A DNA stretch of 32,000 nucleotides from Horticoccus luteus. GTDB taxonomy: Bacteria; Verrucomicrobiota; Verrucomicrobiia; Opitutales; Opitutaceae. The stretch lies in assembly GCF_019464535.1 (NCBI RefSeq), contig NZ_CP080507.1, positions 3,480,001 through 3,512,000 of the forward strand, written 5' to 3'. Shown here in pieces: positions 1 through 9,560 of the stretch. A program made the translations under genes and the position numbers. The first letter of the stretch is position 1. Every line of letters begins with the position of its first letter. The notes below the pieces were generated by a model. That model saw nothing but the letters and a program-made list of their open reading frames with translations. It did not search any database and had not been told where the DNA came from.

Positions 1-596
1 AAATACTCCGGCCGCAGCCGCGCGTAGTCCGGCTCCCACGGATAACCCGCTTCGTTCGCACCGCGCGGATCGAAGGCCGGCATGTCCGGATAAAGTCCAC
101 CGACGATCTGCACCACGTTGAACCCCTTCTCCTTCCGGTCCGCCGCCAGCCGTTGAAAGTCCTGCGGCCATTCGAGGCGGTGGCACAGCCCCATCCACCA
201 CGTATCGCCGAGCCAGAAAAACGGCGTGCCGTCCGCGTGTTCGAAGTGCCGCTTGTCCGCCGCCACGCGCACGGGCCCGTGCCGCAGCAAGGCGTTGTCT
301 CCCGTGTAAGGCGTGATCTCGACCGTCCCGGTCAACGCCGCCAGCTCGCGTTCGTCCGCGCGCGAAGATTCCACGCGAAACCCGTGCGTCCCCACTTGGC
401 TCGAAGCGTAACGCACCCGCCAGTTTTGGCCGCCCGCCCAAAACGCCGGCACGCGCAATTCGCGCCCATCCGGCTCGACGAACACCGCGTCGATGAGCAG
501 CTCCTCCGGCGGGTTCGCGTAGGTGCCGCGCGTCGTCAACGCGAGTTCAACGGCAACATTCGTTTCAGTGCGCAGCGAGGGGGATGAACGCGACAT
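1..596 (-). CDS. Putative glycoside hydrolase, DUF5060 + DUF4038 (GH140-like) architecture; 5' part only, continues beyond window start
   Basis: Absent from the ORF track because it runs off the edge. My translation of the minus strand from the ATG (complement of 594-596) reads MSRSSPSLRTETNVAVELALTTRGTYANPPEELLIDAVFVEPDGRELRVPAFWAGGQNWRVRY...RHFEHADGTPFFWLGDTWWMGLCHRLEWPQDFQRLAADRKEKGFNVVQIVGG. The frame stays open to position 1. The DGTPFFWLGDTWW motif is typical of DUF4038. Family recalled from memory. Confidence 0.7.
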   Translation of the reverse strand, partial: MSRSSPSLRTETNVAVELALTTRGTYANPPEELLIDAVFVEPDGRELRVPAFWAGGQNWRVRYASSQVGTHGFRVESSRADERELAALTGTVEITPYTGDNALLRHGPVRVAADKRHFEHADGTPFFWLGDTWWMGLCHRLEWPQDFQRLAADRKEKGFNVVQIVGGLYPDMPAFDPRGANEAGYPWEPDYARLRPEY

Positions 597-770
597 GGGG
601 GAGCCAACGAGGAAGACCCACACCCTAGCCTCCCGGCGCGTGCAGAGCCATCCAGACTTTGAGCAGACAGTTTAGCTTTTTGAGCAACGCCGTCCCGCGC
701 GCGCGTCCTCCTGAACGCCGCGCTCCGACACCCCGTCGCGGCCCGCCGTGCAACCCGTGTTTTTATTCGT

Positions 771-3035
771 TCACCCTTCCACGAGCCACCGCCGGAAGCG
801 CTTGATCTCCGACAGCGTGCCGAGCACCAGCACACTGTCTCCTTCGAGTAAACGCTCGTCGCCGCCAGGATTCAAAATCTGCTGCCCCGGCCGCTGAATG
901 CCCACCACCCGCACCCCCGTGTGCATCGCCACACCAGATGCCGCGAGCGTCTGGCCCGCGTGCGGCCCGGCGGGCACGCGACACGTCTCCAGCACGCTGC
1001 CGCCAAACTCCTCCGCCTCACCATGGCGGCGTTGTTCGCTCTCCAAAAATTTTTGCGCCGCCCGGTTCTGTTCCGTCGCCCCCAGCAACAGCAACTTGTC
1101 GCCCGGATACAGCGCGACATCGGGCGAAGGCGACGACACCACGTAGCCGTTGCGCTCCACCTCCACGACCGAAGCGCCGAAGCGGGCCGGAATGGCGAGC
1201 TCCCGCAACGCCTTCCCCGCATACGAAGCGGCATCCGGCACCACGCATTCCCCGAGGTGCAACTGCCACGCCTCCAGATTTTCGCCCAACGTGATCCGCG
1301 CCTGCTCGCGCGAGTTCGTCGCATCCGCCAGCACTTGCTGCAACGAATTCTGCCACGTGCTGTGCCAGTAGATCAGTCGCTGCGAAAAAACGGCGACCAC
1401 CAGCGCCGCCGCCGCCGCGAGCACCGCCCAGCCCCAGCCTGGCAGTTCTTCCAGCGGCACAATCGCATACAACCAATACGCCAGCCCCACCGCCCCCACC
1501 GCCTTGATCGTCCGCTCCACCAGCGGTGCCGGCAAATGCCCCCGGCCCACGGATTCTCCCGCGATCATCGCCACCGTCGCCAGATTGCGCCAGATCGCCA
1601 CGAGCGGCACCAGCACGAGCACCGTGACCAACGCCCAGAAACCATACGTCACCACGTTCTCGTGCTGCCACGAGGCGAGAAACATGTCCTCCGCCGAGGC
1701 CAGCACCGGGCTCGAAAAAATCAGCACGCCCGTCACGAACAACCCCTCGATCGCCATCTGCCCGAGCCGCCCGCGCACCAGCTTCCACGCCAGCGGCGGC
1801 GCCGGCCGCTCCTGCATTTGCTGCATCCAGCGATGATACGCGTCCATCGCCCGCAACAACCACCCCGGCTCCACGCGTTCCGCGAACCGGATGATGGCAT
1901 CCCGATGGCGGTTCATCACCGGCATCGCAAACACCGTCAAAATCGAGGCGCCCACCGCCACCGAATAAAACTCCGCCGGCAGCAACGCCGCCGCTACCCC
2001 CACCTGCGCGATGATGAACGAAAACTCGCCCAGCGGCGTGAGCAGCAACCCCGCCCGGTGCGCCTCCCGCGGCGGCGTGCCCACGATGATCAGTGCCAGC
2101 CCCGTCGCGATCGGCCGCGCCACCAACGCGAATGCCGCCAGCCCCAGCACCCACGGCCACGCCGACAACACCAGCCGCGGATCGATCATCATGCCAATCG
2201 ACACGAAAAACACGCTGCTAAACACGTCGCGCAATCCGCCAAACGCCCGCTCGACTCCGCTCTTCTGCGGCATCTCCGCCACGATCGCCCCAAACAAAAA
2301 CGCCCCCAGCGCGATCGAATAACCCGCCTTCACCGCCGCCAGCGCGAGCAGGAACAGCACGCCCGCCACCACGATCGTCTGCAACTCCGGATCCGCCCGC
2401 GCCTCCAGCCGACGCATCAACCGCGGCACCAGCAACAGCCCGCCGCCAATCAACAACACCACAAACGCGCTCAGCCCTCCGAGCAGCGACCCCATCCCTT
2501 CGCCCGTCCCCCGCGGCACCTGGCTTCCCAACACCGTCAACATCACCACCGCCACCACGTCTTCCAACACCGTGATCCCGAGCGCGAGCTGCGACGACCG
2601 CTCGTGCGCGAGATTCAGCTCGCTCACGATCTTCGCGATCACCGCCGAACTGGACACCATCAACATCGCCGCCACGAACAGCGTTTGCGCCGCCGGCCAG
2701 TGCACCGCGAGCCCGAGCAACCGCGTCAAGTTCAACACGAAAAACGCCCCCAGCGCCGTGCCCACGATCGTCGTCACGCCGAGTCGTCCGAATTTCGTGA
2801 GGCTCAATCCCAGCCCGATGGAAAACATCAGAAACACGAGGCCCACCTGCGACAGCGCCATGATCCGCCCCTCGTCCACGATCATGGAAAACGGCGGCGT
2901 GTGCGGCCCGATGATGACGCCCGCGAGCAAGTAGCCCACAATCACCGACAGCCCGATGCGTTTGCACAACACACCCGCGACTCCCGCGGCGAGCAGGAGC
3001 GTCGCAAAATCCTGGATGAGGTCGACCCCTTGCAT
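771..3035 (-). CDS. Cation:proton antiporter (CPA2/Kef-like) with two C-terminal RCK_C (TrkA-C) domains
   Basis: 754-aa ORF. The N-terminus MQGVDLIQDFATLLLAAGVAGVLCKRIGLSVIVGYLLAGVIIGP is typical of the Na/H exchanger family, followed by many hydrophobic segments. The C-terminal soluble part has two similar modules ending PGDKLLLLGATEQNRAAQKFL and EGDSVLVLGTLSEIKRFRRWL. Confidence 0.9.
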   Translation of the reverse strand: MQGVDLIQDFATLLLAAGVAGVLCKRIGLSVIVGYLLAGVIIGPHTPPFSMIVDEGRIMALSQVGLVFLMFSIGLGLSLTKFGRLGVTTIVGTALGAFFVLNLTRLLGLAVHWPAAQTLFVAAMLMVSSSAVIAKIVSELNLAHERSSQLALGITVLEDVVAVVMLTVLGSQVPRGTGEGMGSLLGGLSAFVVLLIGGGLLLVPRLMRRLEARADPELQTIVVAGVLFLLALAAVKAGYSIALGAFLFGAIVAEMPQKSGVERAFGGLRDVFSSVFFVSIGMMIDPRLVLSAWPWVLGLAAFALVARPIATGLALIIVGTPPREAHRAGLLLTPLGEFSFIIAQVGVAAALLPAEFYSVAVGASILTVFAMPVMNRHRDAIIRFAERVEPGWLLRAMDAYHRWMQQMQERPAPPLAWKLVRGRLGQMAIEGLFVTGVLIFSSPVLASAEDMFLASWQHENVVTYGFWALVTVLVLVPLVAIWRNLATVAMIAGESVGRGHLPAPLVERTIKAVGAVGLAYWLYAIVPLEELPGWGWAVLAAAAALVVAVFSQRLIYWHSTWQNSLQQVLADATNSREQARITLGENLEAWQLHLGECVVPDAASYAGKALRELAIPARFGASVVEVERNGYVVSSPSPDVALYPGDKLLLLGATEQNRAAQKFLESEQRRHGEAEEFGGSVLETCRVPAGPHAGQTLAASGVAMHTGVRVVGIQRPGQQILNPGGDERLLEGDSVLVLGTLSEIKRFRRWLVEG

Positions 3036-3139
3036 GCGCTCGCGCTACTCTCCCGCCCTCCGTTCCCACGCCAAGACCAATTTTCCCGCCGCCGCCCTCC
3101 GCGGCGCGCCCCGCCCAAGCGCCCGACTTCGCGCGGCCC

Positions 3140-4810
3140 TCACGGATTCCGGTCAATCGGGTCGCCCGGCTCCTCGTAACGCGTCTGGTAAGTTTTATTG
3201 CCCGCCGCGAGCTTCAGAAACTTGTCCAGCGGCACCACGTCCACCGGCTCACTCAAACGCCCCAGAATCGCCGCCACTTTCTCCACCGAATTCCGCTCCC
3301 GCACGTGCATCAGCAGGAAATACGGCCGCTGCGGATTGAGCTGGATCATCTCCTCCAAATCCGCCGCCGCGTCCGCGATCGGCCGTCGCACATCGAGGTA
3401 GTAGTCGTAGCTGATCAGCGGCTTCCCGTCGCGCAAATCAAACGTCCGCGCCGTCCCGTAACCGTTGATGAAACCGATGACGTGCGGAAACTCGTGATAG
3501 TAGCGATCGACGAGTTCCTTCGGCAGGTCCGTGTTGCCCACGTGCCGGTTGCCTTCCGAGTAGTCCATGATCTCGAGCACGTGCAGATCCAGCAGCTTCA
3601 TCAAATCTCGCGCATCCTTCATCAACGCCGGAAACTTGGCCGGCGGAATCGATTTCGGATACATGTAACCCGGGCCGCTGAGCCCGCCGATGAAGTAGTC
3701 GTTCGGCGTCTTGTCCTCGTAGAAAAACTGCAGCGCCGGCGGATTCATCCACGACCAGTTCATCAACACCTGCCACGCATACGGAATCTTCCCGCGCCCC
3801 GGCTGCGTCCACGCGCCGATGCCCATCGAATCCGTCGCCACCGCCGCAATGTAAACCTTCTTCTCCGGCGTCAGTTTCGCATCGAGCGCCACCGACTGGT
3901 TGTTCGTGTAATGAAAATCCGGCGTCAGCGGAATCTGACACGTGAACGACACGTTCGGCAGGTTGTGCAGCCCCTCCATCTTCAACCCGAAATTGCCCAC
4001 GAGCGTCGTATGCTGCCCTTCCGTGTCTTTTCCGTAAGAATGCCAGCCCAGCACGATGCTCGCCGGATGCTGCCCGCCGAGAATCTTCTTCTCCAGCGCC
4101 AGCTCCTGCGGGTGTTTCGGATTCGCCGACAAATCCGTGAAAAACGCCCGCTGCATCACCCCGAAATCCGCGATGCCCGGCTGCATCTCATCCCCCGCCG
4201 GCCCGCCGAGCAGCACGTAGTAATCCCGCGAACACTTCGTCCAGTAATGATCATACGCCCACTGATAAATCGCGTGATCCGGCTGCCCCGTGAAGCGGCC
4301 GCGCAAATCGGCGATTTTCTTCAACCCGTGCTTTTCCACGAGCGGAATGAGGTCCTCGTTCACGACGACCGCGTCCTCCACGCCGGAAATCGTGAACGCC
4401 ACGATCAGCGACGAACGCACGCTCTTGTCCCACACCACATAGCCCTTCGCATAACGCGCGAACTTCGTCAGCGCCGCGTCCGCATCGTCCTCCGCCAGCC
4501 GGTCAAACTTCACGCCGTGCCGCCGCTCGAGAAACCCGATCAGCGGACGCACGATCTCCCACTGCCAGTCCTTTGGATATTCGAGATAGATCCGCGGGTA
4601 ATCGCGATTCGCGAGCCCCTGCAACGACAGGAGCAACGCGTGCACCGGCACGTCGCCGTCCATCCGCCAGTCGTGAGACAGCGGAATCAACGTCGCCTCC
4701 GCCGGCGCCTTGTCCACGCGATGCGGAATCGGCTGCGCGTGCGCCACCGACCACGCCGCGAACGGCACGGCGAACATCAAACCTAAGGTGAAAATTTTGG
4801 GGAATTTCAT
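3140..4810 (-). CDS. Secreted GxGYxYP-family protein (putative glycoside hydrolase)
   Basis: 556-aa ORF with signal peptide MKFPKIFTLGLMFAVPFAAWSVAHAQ. Contains the family-defining motif in GGLSGPGYMYPKS (G-x-G-Y-x-Y-P). Confidence 0.8.
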   Translation of the reverse strand: MKFPKIFTLGLMFAVPFAAWSVAHAQPIPHRVDKAPAEATLIPLSHDWRMDGDVPVHALLLSLQGLANRDYPRIYLEYPKDWQWEIVRPLIGFLERRHGVKFDRLAEDDADAALTKFARYAKGYVVWDKSVRSSLIVAFTISGVEDAVVVNEDLIPLVEKHGLKKIADLRGRFTGQPDHAIYQWAYDHYWTKCSRDYYVLLGGPAGDEMQPGIADFGVMQRAFFTDLSANPKHPQELALEKKILGGQHPASIVLGWHSYGKDTEGQHTTLVGNFGLKMEGLHNLPNVSFTCQIPLTPDFHYTNNQSVALDAKLTPEKKVYIAAVATDSMGIGAWTQPGRGKIPYAWQVLMNWSWMNPPALQFFYEDKTPNDYFIGGLSGPGYMYPKSIPPAKFPALMKDARDLMKLLDLHVLEIMDYSEGNRHVGNTDLPKELVDRYYHEFPHVIGFINGYGTARTFDLRDGKPLISYDYYLDVRRPIADAAADLEEMIQLNPQRPYFLLMHVRERNSVEKVAAILGRLSEPVDVVPLDKFLKLAAGNKTYQTRYEEPGDPIDRNP

Positions 4811-4837
4811 GAGCGCTGCGCGTAAGGTTGAGCGGGT

Positions 4838-5410
4838 TTATTCCGCGTTCTCGCCGTCGACCGCGGTCCCGATCGACTTGTCGCCCGGCCGCTTGAAGAC
4901 ATACACCAACGGCTGGTTGCGCGTGCTGCGCAATTCAATGACCGTGAGTTGGGTGCCGCTGGCCGAGAGCCGGTAGTCCGTGATCACGTTGACCGGGTGC
5001 GGCCCCTGTTGCGTGTCGAGAACGAAGTCCGCCGTCGTCCGCAAAATCCGCCCGCCCTCCAGCAACTGCACCCGCACCTTCTTCGTGTGGTCGCCGCCGC
5101 TGTAGGCGCCGAGATGCCGGTTCGCACTCCACCACGGCAAGGGCACCACGTTCACGTCCTTCGCGAGATCGAGCGCCGTCACTTCGTCGTAGGACCTCCG
5201 GCCCGCCGCGAGATGCCGCGTCAACGTCACCTTCCCGCCGTCGACCGCGATCGTCAGATCCATCGTCTGCCACGCCGCGAGATCGACACTCGCCGCCGGG
5301 TCCATTCGCCACGTGCCCGCCATGCGCGCGAGCTGAGGGTTTCCGTTCGCTGCTTCCGCCGTCGCAGCGACGGATAGCAGAGCCGCCCAAAACAAAATGA
5401 CGCGATACAT
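4838..5410 (-). CDS. Secreted hypothetical protein
   Basis: The track ORF 4838..5569 is trimmed to the internal ATG at 5410, which gives MYRVILFWAALLSVAATAEAANG, a clear signal peptide. It lies 27 bp upstream of the GxGYxYP gene on the same strand. No recognisable family. Confidence 0.6.
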   Translation of the reverse strand: MYRVILFWAALLSVAATAEAANGNPQLARMAGTWRMDPAASVDLAAWQTMDLTIAVDGGKVTLTRHLAAGRRSYDEVTALDLAKDVNVVPLPWWSANRHLGAYSGGDHTKKVRVQLLEGGRILRTTADFVLDTQQGPHPVNVITDYRLSASGTQLTVIELRSTRNQPLVYVFKRPGDKSIGTAVDGENAE

Positions 5411-5581
5411 GCCCGCACAAAGTGCCCACCCACTTCGCGTCTCAAATTGAATATTTCTGAAAGATTCCTTTCCGGACGTGAGGCCGCCGACGCTCCCGAG
5501 CGCCACCCGCTGAGGTCCAAAAACGAAGCAGCCGGGGACGATTGCCCCGGCCGCTTGCGCGCAGAACAAGTGCCCGGCGAC

Positions 5582-6406
5582 TTACGCCTTGCCGGCCTCT
5601 TCGTTGCTCACCGGCTTGAACGCCGGCCGCCCATACCGCTGTTTCGGCGGCGTGCCATACGGGTTGTGTTTAAACTCGTCCACCCCGCGGCACATGTAGG
5701 CTTTGAAATTCGGATTCACCGACAAATCGTTTTTCACGTTCGTCCCGGAATAACGGAGAGTCAGTCCCGCACGCCGCCGATCCGACGGGTTCGCCTGCGA
5801 GCCGTGGATGGCGCGATCGTCGTGCAGCGAGCACTCGCCCGCCTTCAGGCGAAACTGCACCGCGGAGTCCGCCTTGAAATCCGTGCCGTCGGCCAGTTCG
5901 AGCGTGAGCACCGAGGAGGTTTGTTCGGAACGCCGATGCTTGATCACGCCGCCGCGATGCGAGCCGGGGATGAGCTTCATCCCACCGTTGACCTCGTCGA
6001 CGTCATCAAACGCCAGCCACACCGTCACCGAATTGTTCGGCGCCATCGGCCAGTAGTAAGAATCCTGATGCCAGCCGACGGTCGACATGCTGTGCGGCTC
6101 CTTGATGAAGAAGTTGCTCGCCCACAGATAGAAATTCGGCCCGAGAATTCCTTCCACCAGATCGAGAATCTTGGGGTTCATTCCGATCTCGTAGAGATAG
6201 GTGCTCGTCTCGTGCCATTCACGAATGTCTTTCGTCGTCTCGCCCGGTTCGAGTAACGCGAGCAAGTGCGGCAACTCCGCGTTGATGCGCGCCATTTCCT
6301 CGCGCGTGTAGATCGGCGGCAGACCGAGCAGGTAGCCGTTTTCATGATAGAAACGCTTCTGCTCTGCGGTGAGCTGGTAGGGATTGGATTGGGTGGCGGT
6401 GGACAT
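5582..6406 (-). CDS. Phytanoyl-CoA dioxygenase (PhyH) family Fe(II)/2-oxoglutarate oxygenase
   Basis: 274 aa. HxD facial-triad motif in VGWHQDSYYWP, distal His in DDRAIHGSQAN, and Arg in RRRAGLTLRY. Confidence 0.88.
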   Translation of the reverse strand: MSTATQSNPYQLTAEQKRFYHENGYLLGLPPIYTREEMARINAELPHLLALLEPGETTKDIREWHETSTYLYEIGMNPKILDLVEGILGPNFYLWASNFFIKEPHSMSTVGWHQDSYYWPMAPNNSVTVWLAFDDVDEVNGGMKLIPGSHRGGVIKHRRSEQTSSVLTLELADGTDFKADSAVQFRLKAGECSLHDDRAIHGSQANPSDRRRAGLTLRYSGTNVKNDLSVNPNFKAYMCRGVDEFKHNPYGTPPKQRYGRPAFKPVSNEEAGKA

Positions 6407-6449
6407 AAAGAAAAAGTGTTGGGTGTAACGGGGGGCGCAACCGGGCGGA

Positions 6450-7262
6450 TCAATTCCGCGCCGCCGGCTCCGGCGGAGTCCGCTCCTTGCGGCCGTAACG
6501 CTGCGTCGGCACGGGACCGTAATAGGTGTGGCCGTAGGTATCGACGCCGCGGCACAAATGCGCCGTGAACTCCGGGCTCTTGCCCACGTCGGCTTTCACG
6601 TTCGTGCCCGAGTAACGGATCGTCAGACCCGCGCGCCGCCGGTCCGACGGATTCGCCTGCGAACCATGGATCGCGCGGTCATCGTGCAGGGAAATCTCCC
6701 CCGCTTTCAGCCGGAACTGCACCGCGTCATCGACGTTGAACGTGCCTTCTTCGAGTTCGAGTTTGATGACCGCCTTGTCGTCGTCTCGCTGGCGATGCTT
6801 GATAATCCCGCCGCGATGCGAGCCCGGGATGAGCTTCATCCCGCCATTGACCTCGTCCACGTCGTCAAACGCCAGCCACGCGGTCACCGTATTACACGGC
6901 GAGAGCGGCCAGTAGTAGGCGTCTTGATGCCACGGCACCGTCCCCGCGCTGTGCGCCGGTTTGATGAAAAAATGGCTGCCCCACACGTAGAAATTCGGGC
7001 CGAGAATCCCCTCCACCAGATCGAGAATCCTGGGATTCATCACGATCTCGTAAAGAAACGCGCTCTCGTGGTGCCACTCCCGCATGTCGTTCGTCGTTTC
7101 CCCCGGCCGCAGCAGGGCCAGCAGGTGAGGCAGCTCCGCATTCAGCCCCGCCATTTCTTCCGCCGTATAAATGGGCGGAAGTCCCAGCAGGTAGCCGTCG
7201 CGCAGATAAGCCTCCCGTTGCCGGTCGGTGAGCTGACGGGAAGGTGTTTGAGTGGTGGACAT
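6450..7262 (-). CDS. PhyH family Fe(II)/2OG oxygenase, tandem paralog of 5582..6406
   Basis: The track ORF is trimmed to the ATG at 7262 (MSTTQTPSRQLTDRQ...), which parallels the MSTATQSNPYQLTAEQ start of the neighbour. Motifs VPWHQDAYYWP, DDRAIHGSQANPSDRRRAGLTIRY. Long identical blocks with the neighbour, for example LAFDDVDEVNGGMKLIPGSHRGG. Confidence 0.88.
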   Translation of the reverse strand: MSTTQTPSRQLTDRQREAYLRDGYLLGLPPIYTAEEMAGLNAELPHLLALLRPGETTNDMREWHHESAFLYEIVMNPRILDLVEGILGPNFYVWGSHFFIKPAHSAGTVPWHQDAYYWPLSPCNTVTAWLAFDDVDEVNGGMKLIPGSHRGGIIKHRQRDDDKAVIKLELEEGTFNVDDAVQFRLKAGEISLHDDRAIHGSQANPSDRRRAGLTIRYSGTNVKADVGKSPEFTAHLCRGVDTYGHTYYGPVPTQRYGRKERTPPEPAARN

Positions 7263-7408
7263 CGGGGGAAGAAAGCCCGCGGGTGAAATCAGCGGAAACA
7301 AGCGACCCCGACCTTATCACGCCGGCGCGAAAAGCGCGTTCAGATTATTCGTTGGAAATGTATAGATTCTTAGGCCACCGTAAAAATAACTGAACGCCAG
7401 CTCTTCCC
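7263..7408. promoter_or_regulatory. Divergent intergenic control region between the PhyH operon and the AraC regulator
   Basis: 146-bp gap between divergent starts. It has a locally AT-rich core (7340-7400) with AGATTnTT at 7342 and 7364, 22 bp apart. No promoter consensus can be asserted for this taxon. Confidence 0.3.
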
Positions 7409-8287
7409 GTGAAAGTTTATCGCGATCCCCAGATTATCAGCGGCTTTCTTTACGAACGCCCCGTCGACGAGCTCGCTGCGCTCACGCATTGCGGCGAGGC
7501 GCTTTGCTGCCGCGGCCACCATCGCTCGCTGCACAGCCACGAGGGCTTCGAATTCCTCTACCTCTCGCGCGGCGTCGCCACGTGGCGCGCCGGCGGCGAG
7601 GTCAGCACGCAGGAGATGAGCGATCTCTATGTCGCCTTCCCCGGCGAAAAGCACGGCACCGGCCCAAAGCCCAATCCCGAAAACCACCATCTCTGGGTTG
7701 GCCTCAAGCTCGACGCGCTCGGCCCCGCCGCTCGCCAGCTCGCCACGGAACTTCGCGCCCGCCGCGTGCGTCTGCTCACCAGCTGCCCCGAAGTGGAACC
7801 CGTGCTGCGCGGCCTGGTGGCGCAGGTGGTGGCGCATCACCCGCGGCGCCTCGAAGCCGTCTCGGCTTACATCCAGCTCTTTGTCACTCTCGTGAGCCAG
7901 CGGCTCGCGATCGGCCGCGAGCGCCCGCCTGCCGCGACCGCCCTGCCCTATTCCTTCCCCGTGCAACGCGCCATTGCGTTCATGGAGCAAAACCTCGACC
8001 GCCGCGTGCCGCTCCGCGACCTCGCCGCGATGGCCATGGCGCGCAGCGTCCCCCATTTCTGCGCGCAATTCCGGCGCGAAGTCGGCGTCAGCCCCGCCGC
8101 GCATCACCTGCAACTCCGGCTCGCGGCCGCCCGCCTCACCCTGCGGCAACCCGCGGCCGCCATCACTGAAACCGCACTCCGCCACGGCTTCAGTTCCTCG
8201 CAACACTTCAGCACGCTCTTCCGCCGCAGCTACGGTCTCACCCCGCGCGCGTGGCGTCACGGCAGCAAAGTCGCTCCCGCTCCCTAA
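7409..8287 (+). CDS. AraC family transcriptional regulator (cupin-like N-domain + HTH_AraC)
   Basis: 292 aa with a GTG start. The C-terminal part, PVQRAIAFMEQNLDRRVPLRDLAAMAMARSVPHFCAQFRREVGVSPAAHHLQLRLAAARLTL...ITETALRHGFSSSQHFSTLFRRSYGLTPRAWR, is a classic double-HTH AraC signature. Confidence 0.85.
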   Translation: MKVYRDPQIISGFLYERPVDELAALTHCGEALCCRGHHRSLHSHEGFEFLYLSRGVATWRAGGEVSTQEMSDLYVAFPGEKHGTGPKPNPENHHLWVGLKLDALGPAARQLATELRARRVRLLTSCPEVEPVLRGLVAQVVAHHPRRLEAVSAYIQLFVTLVSQRLAIGRERPPAATALPYSFPVQRAIAFMEQNLDRRVPLRDLAAMAMARSVPHFCAQFRREVGVSPAAHHLQLRLAAARLTLRQPAAAITETALRHGFSSSQHFSTLFRRSYGLTPRAWRHGSKVAPAP

Positions 8288-8400
8288 GGCCGCGCAATGT
8301 GGCCGCAGGGCGTGCGCCAGGCACCCTCGCGGCTGCGACGCTGGGCGGGGTGCCCTCACCCCGCGCTCAGCCTCCATTCGCCCCGCGCCTCACCCCTCAC

Positions 8401-9414
8401 TCACTTCGCGACCGTCGCTTCTTTCGGCCAGCGGCCGTAGGCCGAAAACGGCACCGGCGTCTTATCGTAAACCTCCCGACGGCGAACGTATTCTTCGTAA
8501 CGCGTCACCGTTTCCGGATGCTGGCGGCTCTGCACGACGAAATCCGCTTCCGGTGGATAACACGCCACCGTGACCTTCTCATCAAAACCCGGCGTGGCCA
8601 GATCGCCGAGCTCCTCCAATTCCGGCCACAGCCCCGCGTTGTTCGGCACCTCCGCCGACTGATAACGCAGATCGACGCTCCAGCGAATGTGGTCCGAGTA
8701 ATTCGGCGTCGAACAATGCGGCGTGCGATTCGTCATGAACACCACTCCGCCCCGCGGACACGCCGCCGTCACCGCCCGACGCGGATCGGCGGGGAGATCT
8801 TGGTCCTCGATCACCAAAAAGCCCGCGTTGCCGCCCGTCCGGTGTTCTGCGACCCGGCCCTTGTGCGTGCGCGGCAGAATCTGCATGCAGCCATTTTCCA
8901 CGGTCGCATCCACCAGCGGCACCCAGCAAGTGATGATCAAATGCTGGTCGCACGACGCCGCCAGGTAACCGCTGTCCTGATGCCACGGCACAATCCCCCG
9001 CCCCAGATTCGGCAACTTCGGCCGGATGCGATACACCGACGACGCGATGATTTCTTCCGTGTCCAGCAACGCGCTCACCGCCGCCAGCAACCGCGGATGC
9101 GCGATCACGTCGAACATCTCCGGCGCGTGAAATCCGCCGCCGCGCAACCCCTCCAGATGCCGCATGATCGCCTCGCCGTTCTCCTTTGAATCGCGATAGA
9201 TCGCCGCGAGCCGGTGGTCGAAATCCAGCTCCGCATGCAACTTCGTCAATTTCCCGTCCGCCTGCAGCTCGCAGGCTTTGCGGTCGATGGCGACCGCCAT
9301 TTCCCGCCGCAACGGCTCAAGGTCCGCCGGCGCGAAGACATTGGGCGCGATCAAGAAGCCTTCGTCGTGGAAGGATTTGACCTGGGCCGGCGTGAGGGGA
9401 AGGGGAATGCTCAT
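8401..9414 (-). CDS. PhyH family Fe(II)/2OG oxygenase (third, divergent copy)
   Basis: The track ORF is trimmed to the ATG at 9414 (MSIPLPLTPAQVKSFHDEGFLIAPNVF, a typical PhyH N-terminus). HxD motif in VPWHQDSGY, and a later His in TPHCSTPN. Confidence 0.85.
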   Translation of the reverse strand: MSIPLPLTPAQVKSFHDEGFLIAPNVFAPADLEPLRREMAVAIDRKACELQADGKLTKLHAELDFDHRLAAIYRDSKENGEAIMRHLEGLRGGGFHAPEMFDVIAHPRLLAAVSALLDTEEIIASSVYRIRPKLPNLGRGIVPWHQDSGYLAASCDQHLIITCWVPLVDATVENGCMQILPRTHKGRVAEHRTGGNAGFLVIEDQDLPADPRRAVTAACPRGGVVFMTNRTPHCSTPNYSDHIRWSVDLRYQSAEVPNNAGLWPELEELGDLATPGFDEKVTVACYPPEADFVVQSRQHPETVTRYEEYVRRREVYDKTPVPFSAYGRWPKEATVAK

Positions 9415-9560
9415 CGGGCCAAAGTATCGCATGCCCGCCCGCGGCCGGCAATAGCCCGCAATCACCTTTGCTGGTGGATAAACACCTTCCACGATTTCGC
9501 CCCGGAGCACGTCCAGTATCCACTCGCCAACGTTCCGCGCCTTCCCACCATCCGCCGACC

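Noticed and set aside
153-587. 144-aa plus-strand ORF at the window start
   Set aside because: R/P-rich. The minus strand encodes a recognisable DUF4038-like protein that is open to the edge.
921-3179. 752-aa plus-strand ORF and many shorter ORFs overlapping the antiporter gene
   Set aside because: The translation is extremely R/H/Q/P-rich with no hydrophobic cores or motifs. It lies antisense to a gene with clear transporter sequence. This is a typical shadow ORF of a high-GC genome.
3305-4786. 493-aa plus-strand ORF antisense to the GxGYxYP gene
   Set aside because: R/H/V-rich nonsense-like composition. The opposite strand carries a signal peptide and a family motif.
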